DNA from: Campylobacterales bacterium
GTDB taxonomy: Bacteria > Campylobacterota > Campylobacteria > Campylobacterales > UBA6016
Assembly (NCBI GenBank): GCA_050252455.1
Contig: JBFWKW010000002.1
Coordinates: forward strand, 43,063-107,062
Length of the DNA: 64,000 nucleotides
Direction of reading: 5' to 3'
In this document: positions 8,902-18,050 of the stretch, piece after piece
Layout of the letters: the number at the start of each line of letters is the position of its first letter
How positions within the stretch are numbered: the first letter of the stretch is position 1
Translations under genes and position numbers: made by a program
The notes under the pieces: generated by a model
Databases searched by the model: none
Told to the model about the DNA's origin: nothing
Seen by the model: the letters and a program-made list of their open reading frames with translations, nothing else

Positions 8902-9446
8902 TCATTTTCATGGTCATCCACCGTCCCGCAAGCCTGCATAAAAGCGTATATCGTGGTGGAGCCGATGAATTTAAAGTCCCGTTTTTTAAGCTCTTTTGTC
9001 ATAGCATCAGAGATTGACGAAGTGCACGCCGCCGTGCGGTAGTCGGCAACATCGTTGATGATTTGTTTACCGCCCACTTTGCCCCAGAAGTACGCATCCA
9101 GCGAGCCGTGCTCCTCTCGTATCTGCAAAAACAGCTTTGCATTGTTGATTATCGCCTCAATCTTCGGGCGACTCTTGATGACAAGACCGCTATCCACTAT
9201 CCTAGCTACATCGTCAGAGCCCATCGCCGCCACAGCCTCAAGCTCGAAGCCGCCAAAAGCCTCTCTATATCCGTCCCGTTTTTTGAGCACCGTCAGCCAA
9301 CTAAGCCCCGCCGCCTGTGTCTCTAATGAGAAAAGCTCAAAAAGCGCCCTATCGTCATGGAGCGGCTTACCCCACTCTTCATCGTGGTATGCCACATACA
9401 CGGGGTCGCTTAGTTTCACCCATCCGCATCGGTATTCTTCACTCAT
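8877..9446 (-). CDS. tag: DNA-3-methyladenine glycosylase I
   Basis: 189 aa. Tag-typical CGW...YHDEEWGKP.HDD..LFE...LE..QAGLSW..VL.KR. Confidence 0.9.
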   Translation of the reverse strand: MSEEYRCGWVKLSDPVYVAYHDEEWGKPLHDDRALFELFSLETQAAGLSWLTVLKKRDGYREAFGGFELEAVAAMGSDDVARIVDSGLVIKSRPKIEAIINNAKLFLQIREEHGSLDAYFWGKVGGKQIINDVADYRTAACTSSISDAMTKELKKRDFKFIGSTTIYAFMQACGTVDDHENECFCKGKR

Positions 9447-9494
9447 CTGCCGCCCTCGCTATTCCTGTATTTTCGATTTGCTTTTTACAAAAAA

Positions 9495-9824
9495 CTAAAC
9501 CAACTTTTGCAATTCAATTTTCAGCTGAGGAATTTTGCGCTTCACGATATCCCATATTTCGTCGGCATCAATACCGAAATAGTCGTGAGCTATGATGTTT
9601 CTGAAGTCTTTTATCTTCTGCCACGGAACATTGGCGTGGATTTCTTTGTATTTGTCACTCAAACGAGAGATTGCCTCGCCCATCACCACAAACTGCATCA
9701 TCGTAGCGTCGAAACTTTTTTGGTCGTGATAAAACTGCTCCGCATCCGCCGCATCTTGCGTGTAGACTTCTATCTTTCCTATCGCCTCCAAAAGCGCCGT
9801 GATATTCAGGGTGTCACTAGACAT
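9495..9824 (-). CDS. HepT-like (DUF86/HEPN) ribonuclease toxin
   Basis: Rx4HxY motif RNIIAHDY. Start taken at ATG 9824 (MSSDTLN...), which overlaps the stop of the upstream gene as ATGTCTAG. Confidence 0.8.
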   Translation of the reverse strand: MSSDTLNITALLEAIGKIEVYTQDAADAEQFYHDQKSFDATMMQFVVMGEAISRLSDKYKEIHANVPWQKIKDFRNIIAHDYFGIDADEIWDIVKRKIPQLKIELQKLV

Positions 9825-10116
9825 AGAGTGCGTCTTTAAGTATAAGCTCTTTTGCATACGGCTTGAGATACTTCTCTCTAGCTATATCCACATCCCTGCC
9901 AAAAGAGGCGGACAAGAAGCTTTTGAGGGCGTTTTTTGTGTCATAAACATCCACGGCACTCTCATCCAAATCGACAAGCAAATCAACATCGCTACGCTCC
10001 GTCTGCTCCCCTCTGGCAAACGAGCCGAAAAGCCCAATCCTGGCGACATGATAGCGCTGCGACAACAGCCCTCTGTTTTGTTTCAAAAACTCGATAATCT
10101 CTTCTTTTGTGTTCAT
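9817..10116 (-). CDS. MntA-like nucleotidyltransferase antitoxin
   Basis: 99 aa. Minimal nucleotidyltransferase motifs GLFGSFARGE and SDVDLLVDL. Confidence 0.8.
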   Translation of the reverse strand: MNTKEEIIEFLKQNRGLLSQRYHVARIGLFGSFARGEQTERSDVDLLVDLDESAVDVYDTKNALKSFLSASFGRDVDIAREKYLKPYAKELILKDALYV

Positions 10117-10322
10117 ACTGCGATATTAACATATTTTTTTCTATACGGCAAAGACGATTTTTGTACGAGCATTTAATTATAGTCCCAACATCAGCTTTAC
10201 GCCATTTATATACGCGAGATGACAAGGGATGTTTTTCATTGTTTATGCAAAGTTATAAAAGTTAAGATTGAATACTTAACACCTATCTTCTATTTTATTT
10301 GTAAAGATGCTATATTTTGAGC

Positions 10323-11330
10323 ATGAATAATATGGTGTTAACTCAAGAAAATGAAATTAATCAGGTTATAAATGGGAAACCACACCTTGTAATCCTTGGT
10401 GCAGGTGCAAGTTATGCCGCTTTTCCAGATGGCGACAAAAATGGACGCAAACTACCGCTCATGAATAATTTTATTGAAACACTCGGACTGGAAGAACTCA
10501 TAAAAAGCTCTGGAATAAAATTTGAATCAAATAATTTTGAAATAATTTATGACAGATTGCGGAAAGATTCGAACCTCCAATCTCTGTGTTTAACTTTAGA
10601 GAAGCAAGTCTATAACTATTTTGCAGAGATGGAATTGCCTGACAACCCAACACTATATGACCATTTACTGCTTTCATTAAGAGAAAAAGATTTTATTGCT
10701 ACATTTAATTGGGATCCATTCCTTGTGCAAGCCTATCGCAGAAATGGACGTAGATTTAAACTCCCTCGATTACTGTTTTTGCACGGGAACGTAGAGGTTG
10801 GTTATTGTCCGAATGGTCACACAATGGGAAACAAAGGCAGCTTCTGTAGTAGCTGTGGAGAGCAATTCAAACAGACGCAACTTCTATACCCAATTAGTGA
10901 AAAAAATTATCACTTGGATGAGTTTATTTCAAGGCAATGGGCAACTTTACAAGACTTACTAAAACACACATTCATGATTACAATCTTTGGCTATGACGCC
11001 CCTTCTTCTGACGCAAGAGCAATAGAATTAATGAAATCAGCATGGGGAGATGTAGAAAAAAGACAATTTGAAGAAACAGAGATTATAGATGTACGCAATA
11101 AAGATGATTTACATGACACATGGAAGCCATTTATACATACCCATCACTACAGAACTGAAAAAGACTTTTATAATTCATGGATTGCAAATCATCCACGGCG
11201 AACTTTAGAAGCATATTGGAACCAATACATAGAAGCAAAATTCATCGATAACAATCCTTTGCCAAAAGATGCAGACTTTGAAGAATTATGGAAATGGTTT
11301 GAAAAACTACAAAAAGTTGAAGGCTCATAA
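10323..11330 (+). CDS. standalone SIR2 (sirtuin)-like protein
   Basis: ORF 10317..11330 with start set at first ATG. Ordered sirtuin-like motifs, numbered from the TTG at 10317: LVILGAGAS (aa 24-32), TFNWD (129-133, cf. TQNID), FLHGN (154-158, cf. catalytic HG). A Zn-ribbon-like C164-x3-H168...C177-x2-C180 starts 8 residues after the His. Later ITIFGYDAPSSD. Gene visibly more AT-rich than its neighbours. Confidence 0.6.
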   Translation: MNNMVLTQENEINQVINGKPHLVILGAGASYAAFPDGDKNGRKLPLMNNFIETLGLEELIKSSGIKFESNNFEIIYDRLRKDSNLQSLCLTLEKQVYNYFAEMELPDNPTLYDHLLLSLREKDFIATFNWDPFLVQAYRRNGRRFKLPRLLFLHGNVEVGYCPNGHTMGNKGSFCSSCGEQFKQTQLLYPISEKNYHLDEFISRQWATLQDLLKHTFMITIFGYDAPSSDARAIELMKSAWGDVEKRQFEETEIIDVRNKDDLHDTWKPFIHTHHYRTEKDFYNSWIANHPRRTLEAYWNQYIEAKFIDNNPLPKDADFEELWKWFEKLQKVEGS

Positions 11331-11361
11331 GGCAACATAGCAAGTCAAAGGAACCAATAAA

Positions 11362-13056
11362 CTACCTCACACTAAGACCACCCACAATAATATCCTTCTG
11401 CCTCTGCTTCTTCACGGGGTCTTTTTCGACAAAGATTTTTTTTCTCGTCCACGGGTCCATCTCGGTGTAGTACATCAGCGTCGAGTAAGTCGATGGGGTC
11501 GGGGTGAATATCTGTACTTGTTTGGGATTTAGCCGTAGTCTTGAGGATGCGAAATTTTTCATCGCCGTCATGTCGGCTTCACTACACCCAGGATGGGCGG
11601 CTATCATGTAGTAGGTGAGAAACTGCTGTTTGCCGCTGATTTTGCTCATGTTTTCAAACTTTTGCTTGAAGCCCAGCAAGGTCTCTTTGTCGGGCTTGCC
11701 CATGAGCTTTAGCACTTTCGGCTCCGTGTGTTCCGGGGCTATTTTCATCTGTCCGCTTACATGGTTTGCGGCTATTTCTTTCAGGTACATATCCCCGTAC
11801 TCTTTGTCGGCGTTGATGAGGTCGTAGCGGATGCCGCTTTGGACGAATACTTTTTTGATTTTTGGGATTTTGCGGATGGCTCGCAGTAGGTTGATGAGTC
11901 GTTTGTGGTTTGGTTTTAGGCTTTTGCACACCTTGTCACCCGTGCATCTTTGGTGGTGGCAGTCGCCCGATTTTAGCTTTTTGGCGCAGTCATAGCCGTA
12001 CATATTTGCAGTCGCCCCTCCAACATCGAAGATATTGCCTTTGAAATCCTTTGCCGCCGTGAAGCCCTTCACTTCCCTGATTATCGACTCTTCACTACGG
12101 CTTCTTATCGCCCTGCCCTGGTGGACGGTGATAGCGCAAAAGTTGCACTCGCCATAACACCCGTGGTGCGTCGTGACGGAGAACTTGATAGTCTCCAGCG
12201 CCTTTACTTCGCCGTCCGCTTTGTAGTATGGATGAACATCTCTGGTATAAGGCAGGTCGTAGACGGCGTCGATTTCCGCCTCGCTCAGATAATATTGCGG
12301 CGGGTTTTGGATGAGGTATCTATCGTCTTGCTTTTGGCAAAGCCCCTTGGAGCTTAGCGGGTCGTTGTTGTGATAAAAGAGATGGAAGGCGTCTATGAAT
12401 TTGTTTTTGTCAGATTTGACCTCGTCAAAGCTAGGCAGGGTGATATAATCAGCTTTCGGCTCCTTGCTCATATAGCAAAGCCCTCTTATATCCCTCCATT
12501 CGCTCCCGTTTTTCAAAGCGGCGGCTAGCTCTAGCACGGTCTTTTCACCCATTCCGTAGATGATGGCGTCGGCTTTTGCGTCAAAAAGTAGGGATTTTCG
12601 GATATTGTTGCCCCAAAAATCAAAATGTGCAATTCGCCTGAGGCTAGCCTCAATGCCGCCCAGTACGATAGGCACGGTGTTTTTGAAATGCTTTCTGATT
12701 AGCCCCGTGTAGACTATGCTAGCCCTATCCGGTCTTTTGGTATTTTTGCCCCCTGGGGTGAAGTCGTCGCTCCGCCTTGGCTTTTTGGCAGCCGTGTAGT
12801 TGGCTACCATGCTATCCACAAGCCCAGCGCTCACGCCCCAAAAGAGCTTCGGCTCCCCTAGCCTTGCGATGTCGTCACTCTCTATGTCTGGCTGAGCGAT
12901 GATGCCGACACTATACCCCTTGCTCGCAAGCAACCGCCCGATGATGGCTGTGCCGCTGTAGGCCGAGTCGATATAGGTATCGCCGCTCACAAGAACAATG
13001 TCAAATTGTTTTATGCCGAGCCGCTCTTTTTCGGCAGGCGTGGTGGGTAGAAACAT
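11362..13056 (-). CDS. ygiQ: YgiQ-family radical SAM protein (UPF0313)
   Basis: 564 aa. N-terminus MFLPTTPAE...FDIVLVSGDTYIDS..SGTAIIGRLL...GY.VGIIAQP is typical of YgiQ. Cys cluster CYGECNFC. Confidence 0.85.
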   Translation of the reverse strand: MFLPTTPAEKERLGIKQFDIVLVSGDTYIDSAYSGTAIIGRLLASKGYSVGIIAQPDIESDDIARLGEPKLFWGVSAGLVDSMVANYTAAKKPRRSDDFTPGGKNTKRPDRASIVYTGLIRKHFKNTVPIVLGGIEASLRRIAHFDFWGNNIRKSLLFDAKADAIIYGMGEKTVLELAAALKNGSEWRDIRGLCYMSKEPKADYITLPSFDEVKSDKNKFIDAFHLFYHNNDPLSSKGLCQKQDDRYLIQNPPQYYLSEAEIDAVYDLPYTRDVHPYYKADGEVKALETIKFSVTTHHGCYGECNFCAITVHQGRAIRSRSEESIIREVKGFTAAKDFKGNIFDVGGATANMYGYDCAKKLKSGDCHHQRCTGDKVCKSLKPNHKRLINLLRAIRKIPKIKKVFVQSGIRYDLINADKEYGDMYLKEIAANHVSGQMKIAPEHTEPKVLKLMGKPDKETLLGFKQKFENMSKISGKQQFLTYYMIAAHPGCSEADMTAMKNFASSRLRLNPKQVQIFTPTPSTYSTLMYYTEMDPWTRKKIFVEKDPVKKQRQKDIIVGGLSVR

Positions 13057-13151
13057 GGGAGCCTTTTTTACCCCAATTATACCAAGTTATGCACGGTGAG
13101 TTTCAACCAACTTTTGCGATACTAAGAGCACTTCAAAACAAAAAGAGAGCG

Positions 13152-14357
13152 ATGTTACTCAAAAGAAATTTCCTGCCGCTGTTCGTCGTGCAGTTCCTCG
13201 GTGCCATGAACGACAACATACTCAAAAACGCAATACTCGTGATGGTGACTTTCGGCATTATCGGCTCGGACAACGCTGGGCTTCTAGTCAACCTTGCGGC
13301 GGGGCTTTTTATCCTGCCGTTTTTGCTCTTTGGCGCATGGGCTGGCATCATTGCCGAAAAGCACGACAAAGCGACGCTCTCAAGACGGCTCAAAATACTT
13401 GAACTAGCGATTGCAGTTGTTGCCTGTATAGGGCTTTTCTCACATAGCGCCCCCTTACTTTTGGCTGCTCTTTTTGGACTTGGCGTGCAAGCTACATTTT
13501 TTGGCCCCGTCAAATACGCCCTAATCCCGCAGTATCTACCGCCAAAATACCTGATGAGAGGCAATGCATACATAGAGGGCGGCACATTCATAGCAATACT
13601 TCTGGGCACTATCCTTGGGGCTTCCACTATCACGGGCGAACACGGCACACTCATCGTCTCCGTGCTTCTCGTCGGCGTAGCGGCTATCGGATACACGGCT
13701 AGCAGATATATGCCTCCCGCCCCCGCTTCAAATCCGACATTGGCATTTGAGCCAAACATCGCAAAAGCCACGGCACAGGTCACAAGAGAAGGTATGAACC
13801 GCCATATACTCGTCTTTTCCGTGCTCTCTATCTCGTGGTTTTGGTTTTTGGGGGCTATCATCCTCACCCAGCTGCCGCTCTTTGTCAAAGAGTATTTGCA
13901 TGAGAGCGAAGGTGTCATCACGCTATTCTTGGCGATATTTTCGGTGGGTATCGGTATAGGCTCGGTCGCATGCGAGAGAATATCTCACGGTGATATCAAG
14001 CTTAAATATGTGCTTATCGGAGCAGTAGGTATCGCTCTGTTTTTAGCGGATTTGGCATTTTTTGCAGGCGGTGTGATACGCTCGGCTATCGACTTTTTTG
14101 GGATTAGCTTTTTTAGCGGATTTTTTACGGTGCCGCTTTACTCTCTACTTCAAAAAGCGAGCGACACGGAGCGCAGGAGCCGCACCATAGCCGCAAACAA
14201 CATCCTAAACGCTCTTTTTATGGTGGTTGCTTCGATATTTGGGATGCTCGTTTTTAGTCTCGGCTATTCGCTAAAAGAGCTTTTTGCGGTACTACTATTG
14301 TTGCATATCGGTGCGACAGTCTACGGCTACAAGGAGATGAAGTCGTTACAGCACTAA
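13152..14357 (+). CDS. MFS transporter, LplT (lysophospholipid transporter)-like
   Basis: ORF 13089..14357 trimmed to ATG 13152 (MLLKRNFLPLFVVQFLGAMNDNILKNA...). About 12 hydrophobic helices. Confidence 0.7.
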   Translation: MLLKRNFLPLFVVQFLGAMNDNILKNAILVMVTFGIIGSDNAGLLVNLAAGLFILPFLLFGAWAGIIAEKHDKATLSRRLKILELAIAVVACIGLFSHSAPLLLAALFGLGVQATFFGPVKYALIPQYLPPKYLMRGNAYIEGGTFIAILLGTILGASTITGEHGTLIVSVLLVGVAAIGYTASRYMPPAPASNPTLAFEPNIAKATAQVTREGMNRHILVFSVLSISWFWFLGAIILTQLPLFVKEYLHESEGVITLFLAIFSVGIGIGSVACERISHGDIKLKYVLIGAVGIALFLADLAFFAGGVIRSAIDFFGISFFSGFFTVPLYSLLQKASDTERRSRTIAANNILNALFMVVASIFGMLVFSLGYSLKELFAVLLLLHIGATVYGYKEMKSLQH

Positions 14358-14681
14358 CCCCTCTACCCTCTTGATACTATCGTTTTTTGAGAGGCTAAGT
14401 CTTATCACGCTGTCTTCTATCGCCTCAAGTGAATGTGGGGCATAAGCCGCAAAGTAGACCGCTTCCCCTGCGCCAAGTCTTACACTACCCTCTTTTGAGC
14501 CTATGTCTACGCTTCCGTTTAAAACCATTATCACTATGGCTCCGGGAGCCGTGTGCTCCTCCATTTTGTTCCCTTTTTGCATGCAAATTCGTATCTCTTT
14601 GCTGTGTGGGGCATCCAGCATCAGGTCAATTTGCGGCTTATCGGCAAATCTGGTATCTTTGAAAAAAGCTATATGGTTCAC
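14346..14681 (-). CDS. cupin-domain protein
   Basis: 111 aa. Small beta-barrel-type sequence with H..PG....VL.G and YF....PHS blocks. Confidence 0.6.
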   Translation of the reverse strand: MNHIAFFKDTRFADKPQIDLMLDAPHSKEIRICMQKGNKMEEHTAPGAIVIMVLNGSVDIGSKEGSVRLGAGEAVYFAAYAPHSLEAIEDSVIRLSLSKNDSIKRVEGLVL

Positions 14682-14753
14682 TTCTTATCCTTTTTTTGGA
14701 GGAAGTATATTTGGTTTGAGGGGCAAAAATATTGATAGCGGTCAAGAAAAATT

Positions 14754-15107
14754 TTATTTTTGACCGGAACACGCCATCGCTATTTTGTTATCTCTCGCAT
14801 AATCCATTCCCCACTCTTTCATGGCTCCCAAGATATCACGCAGCTTTTCCCCGTGTTTTGTGAGCGAATACTCGACCTTGGGCGGCACCTGCTCGTATAT
14901 CCTCCTGACGACTAGACCGTTATCCTCCATCTCTCGCAGCTGTTGGGTTAGCATTTTTTGGGTAATCGATGGGATGAGCCTTAGCATTTCGCCGTTTCTA
15001 AGCGTGCCGTGCTCATGCAGATACCAAAGTATAAGCCCCTTCCACTTGCCGCCTATGAGCTCTATCGTAAGTTCAAAACCGCATCCGTATATTTTCTCTT
15101 TTGCCAT
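14754..15107 (-). CDS. HxlR-family transcriptional regulator
   Basis: 117 aa. CGFELTIELIGGKWKGLILWYL...G..R.GE... and VEYSLT..G are typical of HxlR/MarR-type winged HTH. Confidence 0.85.
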   Translation of the reverse strand: MAKEKIYGCGFELTIELIGGKWKGLILWYLHEHGTLRNGEMLRLIPSITQKMLTQQLREMEDNGLVVRRIYEQVPPKVEYSLTKHGEKLRDILGAMKEWGMDYARDNKIAMACSGQK

Positions 15108-15122
15108 AATTGATTGCCTTTT

Positions 15123-15193
15123 TATAGTTACTTTTTGGTTAGTATAGTACTTTTTGGTATGTTCTTGACATTATAAACCGCACATTATAAAAT
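15123..15193. promoter_or_regulatory. tandem repeat (candidate HxlR operator) plus sigma70-like promoter for mdaB
   Basis: TATAGTTACTTTTTGGT (15123-15139) and TATAGTACTTTTTGGT (15143-15158), followed by TTGACA (15165-15170), N17, TAAAAT (15188-15193). Lies in the divergent HxlR/mdaB intergenic region. Confidence 0.35.
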
Positions 15194-15218
15194 CTCACCA
15201 AAACAAAAAGGTGCGAAA

Positions 15219-15806
15219 ATGAAAAACGTTCTACTTCTGACCCTTCACCAAAAATACGAGGGGATAGCAAACGGCAATCTCACAAAAAACTTAATCGACG
15301 AGGCAAAATCATTTTTTGGAGCCAACGGATACCAAATCAAAGACACGGTAATCGAAGCCGGATACGACGTAAAAGAAGAGCTTGAAAAATTCAAATGGGC
15401 GGATATAATTTTTGTGCAATCGCCTGTTTATTGGATGGGGCTACCTTGGCTTGGCAAAAAATATATAGACGAGATATTCTCCGGCGGCGTAGGCACCGTG
15501 ACATACGCAAGCGACGGACGCACCAGAAGCGACCCGTCAAAAACATACGGTAGCGGCGGACTAATGAACGGTAAAAAATATATGCTAAGCTTCACTTACA
15601 ACTGCCCGACAAGCGAATTTGACAATCCTAAAGGCTTTTTCGACGGGCTTAGCCTTGATGAAGCAAACGTGGCGCTTCACAAGACTTTCCAATTTTGCGG
15701 GGCACAGAAGCTACCTAGTTACGCCGTACACGACATATACAAATCCGAATTCGACCTAGCCTCTGCGCTTGCGGGGCTCAGAGAGCATCTAAAGAAAAAC
15801 ATCTAG
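15219..15806 (+). CDS. mdaB: NAD(P)H:quinone oxidoreductase, MdaB-type flavodoxin-like fold
   Basis: 195 aa. MdaB-like blocks EAGYDV..E..K..WAD.I..QSPVYWM..PW..KKYIDE. Confidence 0.8.
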   Translation: MKNVLLLTLHQKYEGIANGNLTKNLIDEAKSFFGANGYQIKDTVIEAGYDVKEELEKFKWADIIFVQSPVYWMGLPWLGKKYIDEIFSGGVGTVTYASDGRTRSDPSKTYGSGGLMNGKKYMLSFTYNCPTSEFDNPKGFFDGLSLDEANVALHKTFQFCGAQKLPSYAVHDIYKSEFDLASALAGLREHLKKNI

Positions 15807-15828
15807 CCAAAAACAAAGAAGGAAACGA

Positions 15829-16974
15829 ATGAACCAATTTAGCTACTACAATCCTACGAGAATAGAATTTGGAAAATCTAAAGAAAATTTGATAGGCAAA
15901 CTAATCGCAGAACAAGGGATAGATAAAGTACTTTTACTATACGGCACAGGCTCCATCAAAAAAAGTGGGCTGTACGAGAGAGTCGTAAAAAGCTTGACGG
16001 AAGCGGGCGTCGCATTCGAGGAGCTTGGCGGCGTGGTGAGCAATCCAAGACTATCTCATGTAAAGGCGGCCATAGAGCTTGCAAAAACAAAAGGAGTCAA
16101 AGCGATACTAGGCGTAGGCGGCGGCTCGGTGGCGGATTCGGCCAAGGCTATCGCCGTCGGTGCCTTGTATGACGGGAATGTATGGGATTTTTTTGTCGGC
16201 AAGGCTTCTATCAAAGAGGCTCTGCCGGTATATACGATAATGACGTTAGCGGCGACGGCAAGCGAAATGAACGGAAACTCGGTCGTAACAAACGATGATA
16301 CAAAACAGAAATACTCAATAGCATCCGTCTTGATAAATCCAAGAATATCCATAATCAATCCGGAGCTTATGAGCTCCGTAAGCGCCGACTATCTTGCGTA
16401 TTCTGCGGTAGATATTATTGCTCATGCCGTAGAGTTTTATTTTACGGCTACGGATCATCCGCATTTTCAGTCTCGCCTAGTGGAATCAATCGTAAAAACG
16501 GTTATCGAAACGACCGAGACACTGCTGCAAAATCCAAATGACTATGACGCAAGGGCAGAGTTTGCCTGGGCGGCGACACAAGCTCTAAACGGACTTACGA
16601 CGTCGGGAGTAGGCGGCGGAAGTTTCCCAAACCACATGATAGAACACTCGCTATCGGCTCTGTACGATATAGCGCACGGTGCTGGACTATCCATAGTGAT
16701 TCCGGCGTGGATGAAGTGGTATTTGGGGAAAAATAGGGCTCAGTTTGAAAGATTTGCAAAAGAGGTTTTTGGACTAAATAGCGCGGAGGACGGTATCGCG
16801 GCACTTGAAAACTGGTTTGGGTCCATCAAGGCTCCAACTACGCTAAGCGATGCCAATATACCAAAGTCGGATATAGACGCGATAGCCCAAAACGCTCACG
16901 GCTTGGCTAGCCTATGGGGAATGGGGGGAATATATACCAAGGAAGTTATAGCCGAAATACTCCAAAAAGCATAA
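15829..16974 (+). CDS. iron-containing alcohol dehydrogenase (YqhD/butanol dehydrogenase type)
   Basis: 381 aa. GGGS.D.AK block (LGVGGGSVADSAKAIA) and His-rich metal site (HMIEHSLSALYDIAHGAGL). Confidence 0.85.
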   Translation: MNQFSYYNPTRIEFGKSKENLIGKLIAEQGIDKVLLLYGTGSIKKSGLYERVVKSLTEAGVAFEELGGVVSNPRLSHVKAAIELAKTKGVKAILGVGGGSVADSAKAIAVGALYDGNVWDFFVGKASIKEALPVYTIMTLAATASEMNGNSVVTNDDTKQKYSIASVLINPRISIINPELMSSVSADYLAYSAVDIIAHAVEFYFTATDHPHFQSRLVESIVKTVIETTETLLQNPNDYDARAEFAWAATQALNGLTTSGVGGGSFPNHMIEHSLSALYDIAHGAGLSIVIPAWMKWYLGKNRAQFERFAKEVFGLNSAEDGIAALENWFGSIKAPTTLSDANIPKSDIDAIAQNAHGLASLWGMGGIYTKEVIAEILQKA

Positions 16975-16983
16975 AGGATTAAC

Positions 16984-17592
16984 ATGAGAAACGATTTTGA
17001 AAAGGCGATGCACTTTCGCCACGCATGCAAGCTATTTGACGAAACAAAAAAAATGTCGCAAGAAGACCTTGATTTCATACTTGAAGCCGGACGGATGAGC
17101 CCCAGTTCATGCGGTATGGAGCAATGGAAATTTGTAGTAATAAGAGACGAAAAACTAAAAGAGGCGATTCGCCCCATCGCATGGAATCAGCCGCAAATTA
17201 CCACATGCAGCGAACTGGTCGCCATACTATACAAAAAACAAATGCGCTCAACAACGCCATACATCAAAGGGCAATACAAAAAACTATTCGGCGCCGACGA
17301 AGTAGCAGACTGGTACAGGGATTTTATCGACCCGATGAGCGACGAAACGCTGGAGTGCTGGGCGATGCAGCAGTGTCACATAGCGGCAGCCAATATGATG
17401 ACGGCGGCAGCATACATCGGCATAGACAGTTGCCCGATAGGCGGCTACGACAAGGCGGCGCTTGAGAGTGTACTCCCGATAGACAAGCAGCTTTACGGCG
17501 TAGCGCTGATGATACCTTTTGGATATAGGGCAAAAGAGCAGCAAACGAGATTGCGCTCCGATATAAAAGAGCTTGTGGAGTACATAAACTAG
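16984..17592 (+). CDS. NAD(P)H nitroreductase family protein
   Basis: 202 aa. RHACKLFD...I.EAGRMSPSS.G.E.W.F.VI is typical of nitroreductases. Confidence 0.8.
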   Translation: MRNDFEKAMHFRHACKLFDETKKMSQEDLDFILEAGRMSPSSCGMEQWKFVVIRDEKLKEAIRPIAWNQPQITTCSELVAILYKKQMRSTTPYIKGQYKKLFGADEVADWYRDFIDPMSDETLECWAMQQCHIAAANMMTAAAYIGIDSCPIGGYDKAALESVLPIDKQLYGVALMIPFGYRAKEQQTRLRSDIKELVEYIN

Positions 17593-17594
17593 CG

Positions 17595-18050
17595 ATGGAT
17601 ACGCTAACCATACCCACGCCAATAGGAGTTATGCTGGCAAAAGCGGACAAAAACGGGATATGTTTGCTTGATTTTGCGCAAGGCGATGAGACTTTCACAT
17701 CTGATAATTCATTGCTTTTGCGATTAAAAAACGAGCTTGACGAGTACTTCGAGGGCAAAAGACGAGAATTCAGCGTGCCTCTCGCACCCGTCGGTACGCC
17801 GTTTCAGATGAGTGTTTGGCAGATACTCCAAAAGATACCGTACGGCGAGACAATATCGTATGCCAAAGAATCGCAAATGCTAGGTCGCCCCTCAGCCGTA
17901 CGAGCAGTCGCAAACGCCAACGGCAAAAACCCTATAGCTATCATCATACCTTGTCACCGTGTAATCGCAAGCGGGGGCGGCATAGGTGGATACAACGGCG
18001 GGGTATGGCGCAAGGAGTTTTTGCTATCTTTGGAGGCAAAATACCGCTAA
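17595..18050 (+). CDS. ogt: methylated-DNA--protein-cysteine methyltransferase
   Basis: 151 aa. Active-site IIIPCHRVI. YGETISY...A..LG.P.A.RAV..A...NP. Confidence 0.85.
   Translation: MDTLTIPTPIGVMLAKADKNGICLLDFAQGDETFTSDNSLLLRLKNELDEYFEGKRREFSVPLAPVGTPFQMSVWQILQKIPYGETISYAKESQMLGRPSAVRAVANANGKNPIAIIIPCHRVIASGGGIGGYNGGVWRKEFLLSLEAKYR

Noticed and set aside
13133-13921. 262-aa minus-strand ORF inside the MFS transporter gene
   Set aside because: It is antisense to a convincing 12-TM transporter. Its composition is Ser/Pro/Ala-rich, which is typical of shadow frames.
14739-14766. CGGTCAA-N14-TTGACCG inverted repeat at the HxlR 3' end as a terminator
   Set aside because: One arm lies inside the coding sequence and the loop is 14 nt. 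This is weak as an intrinsic terminator.
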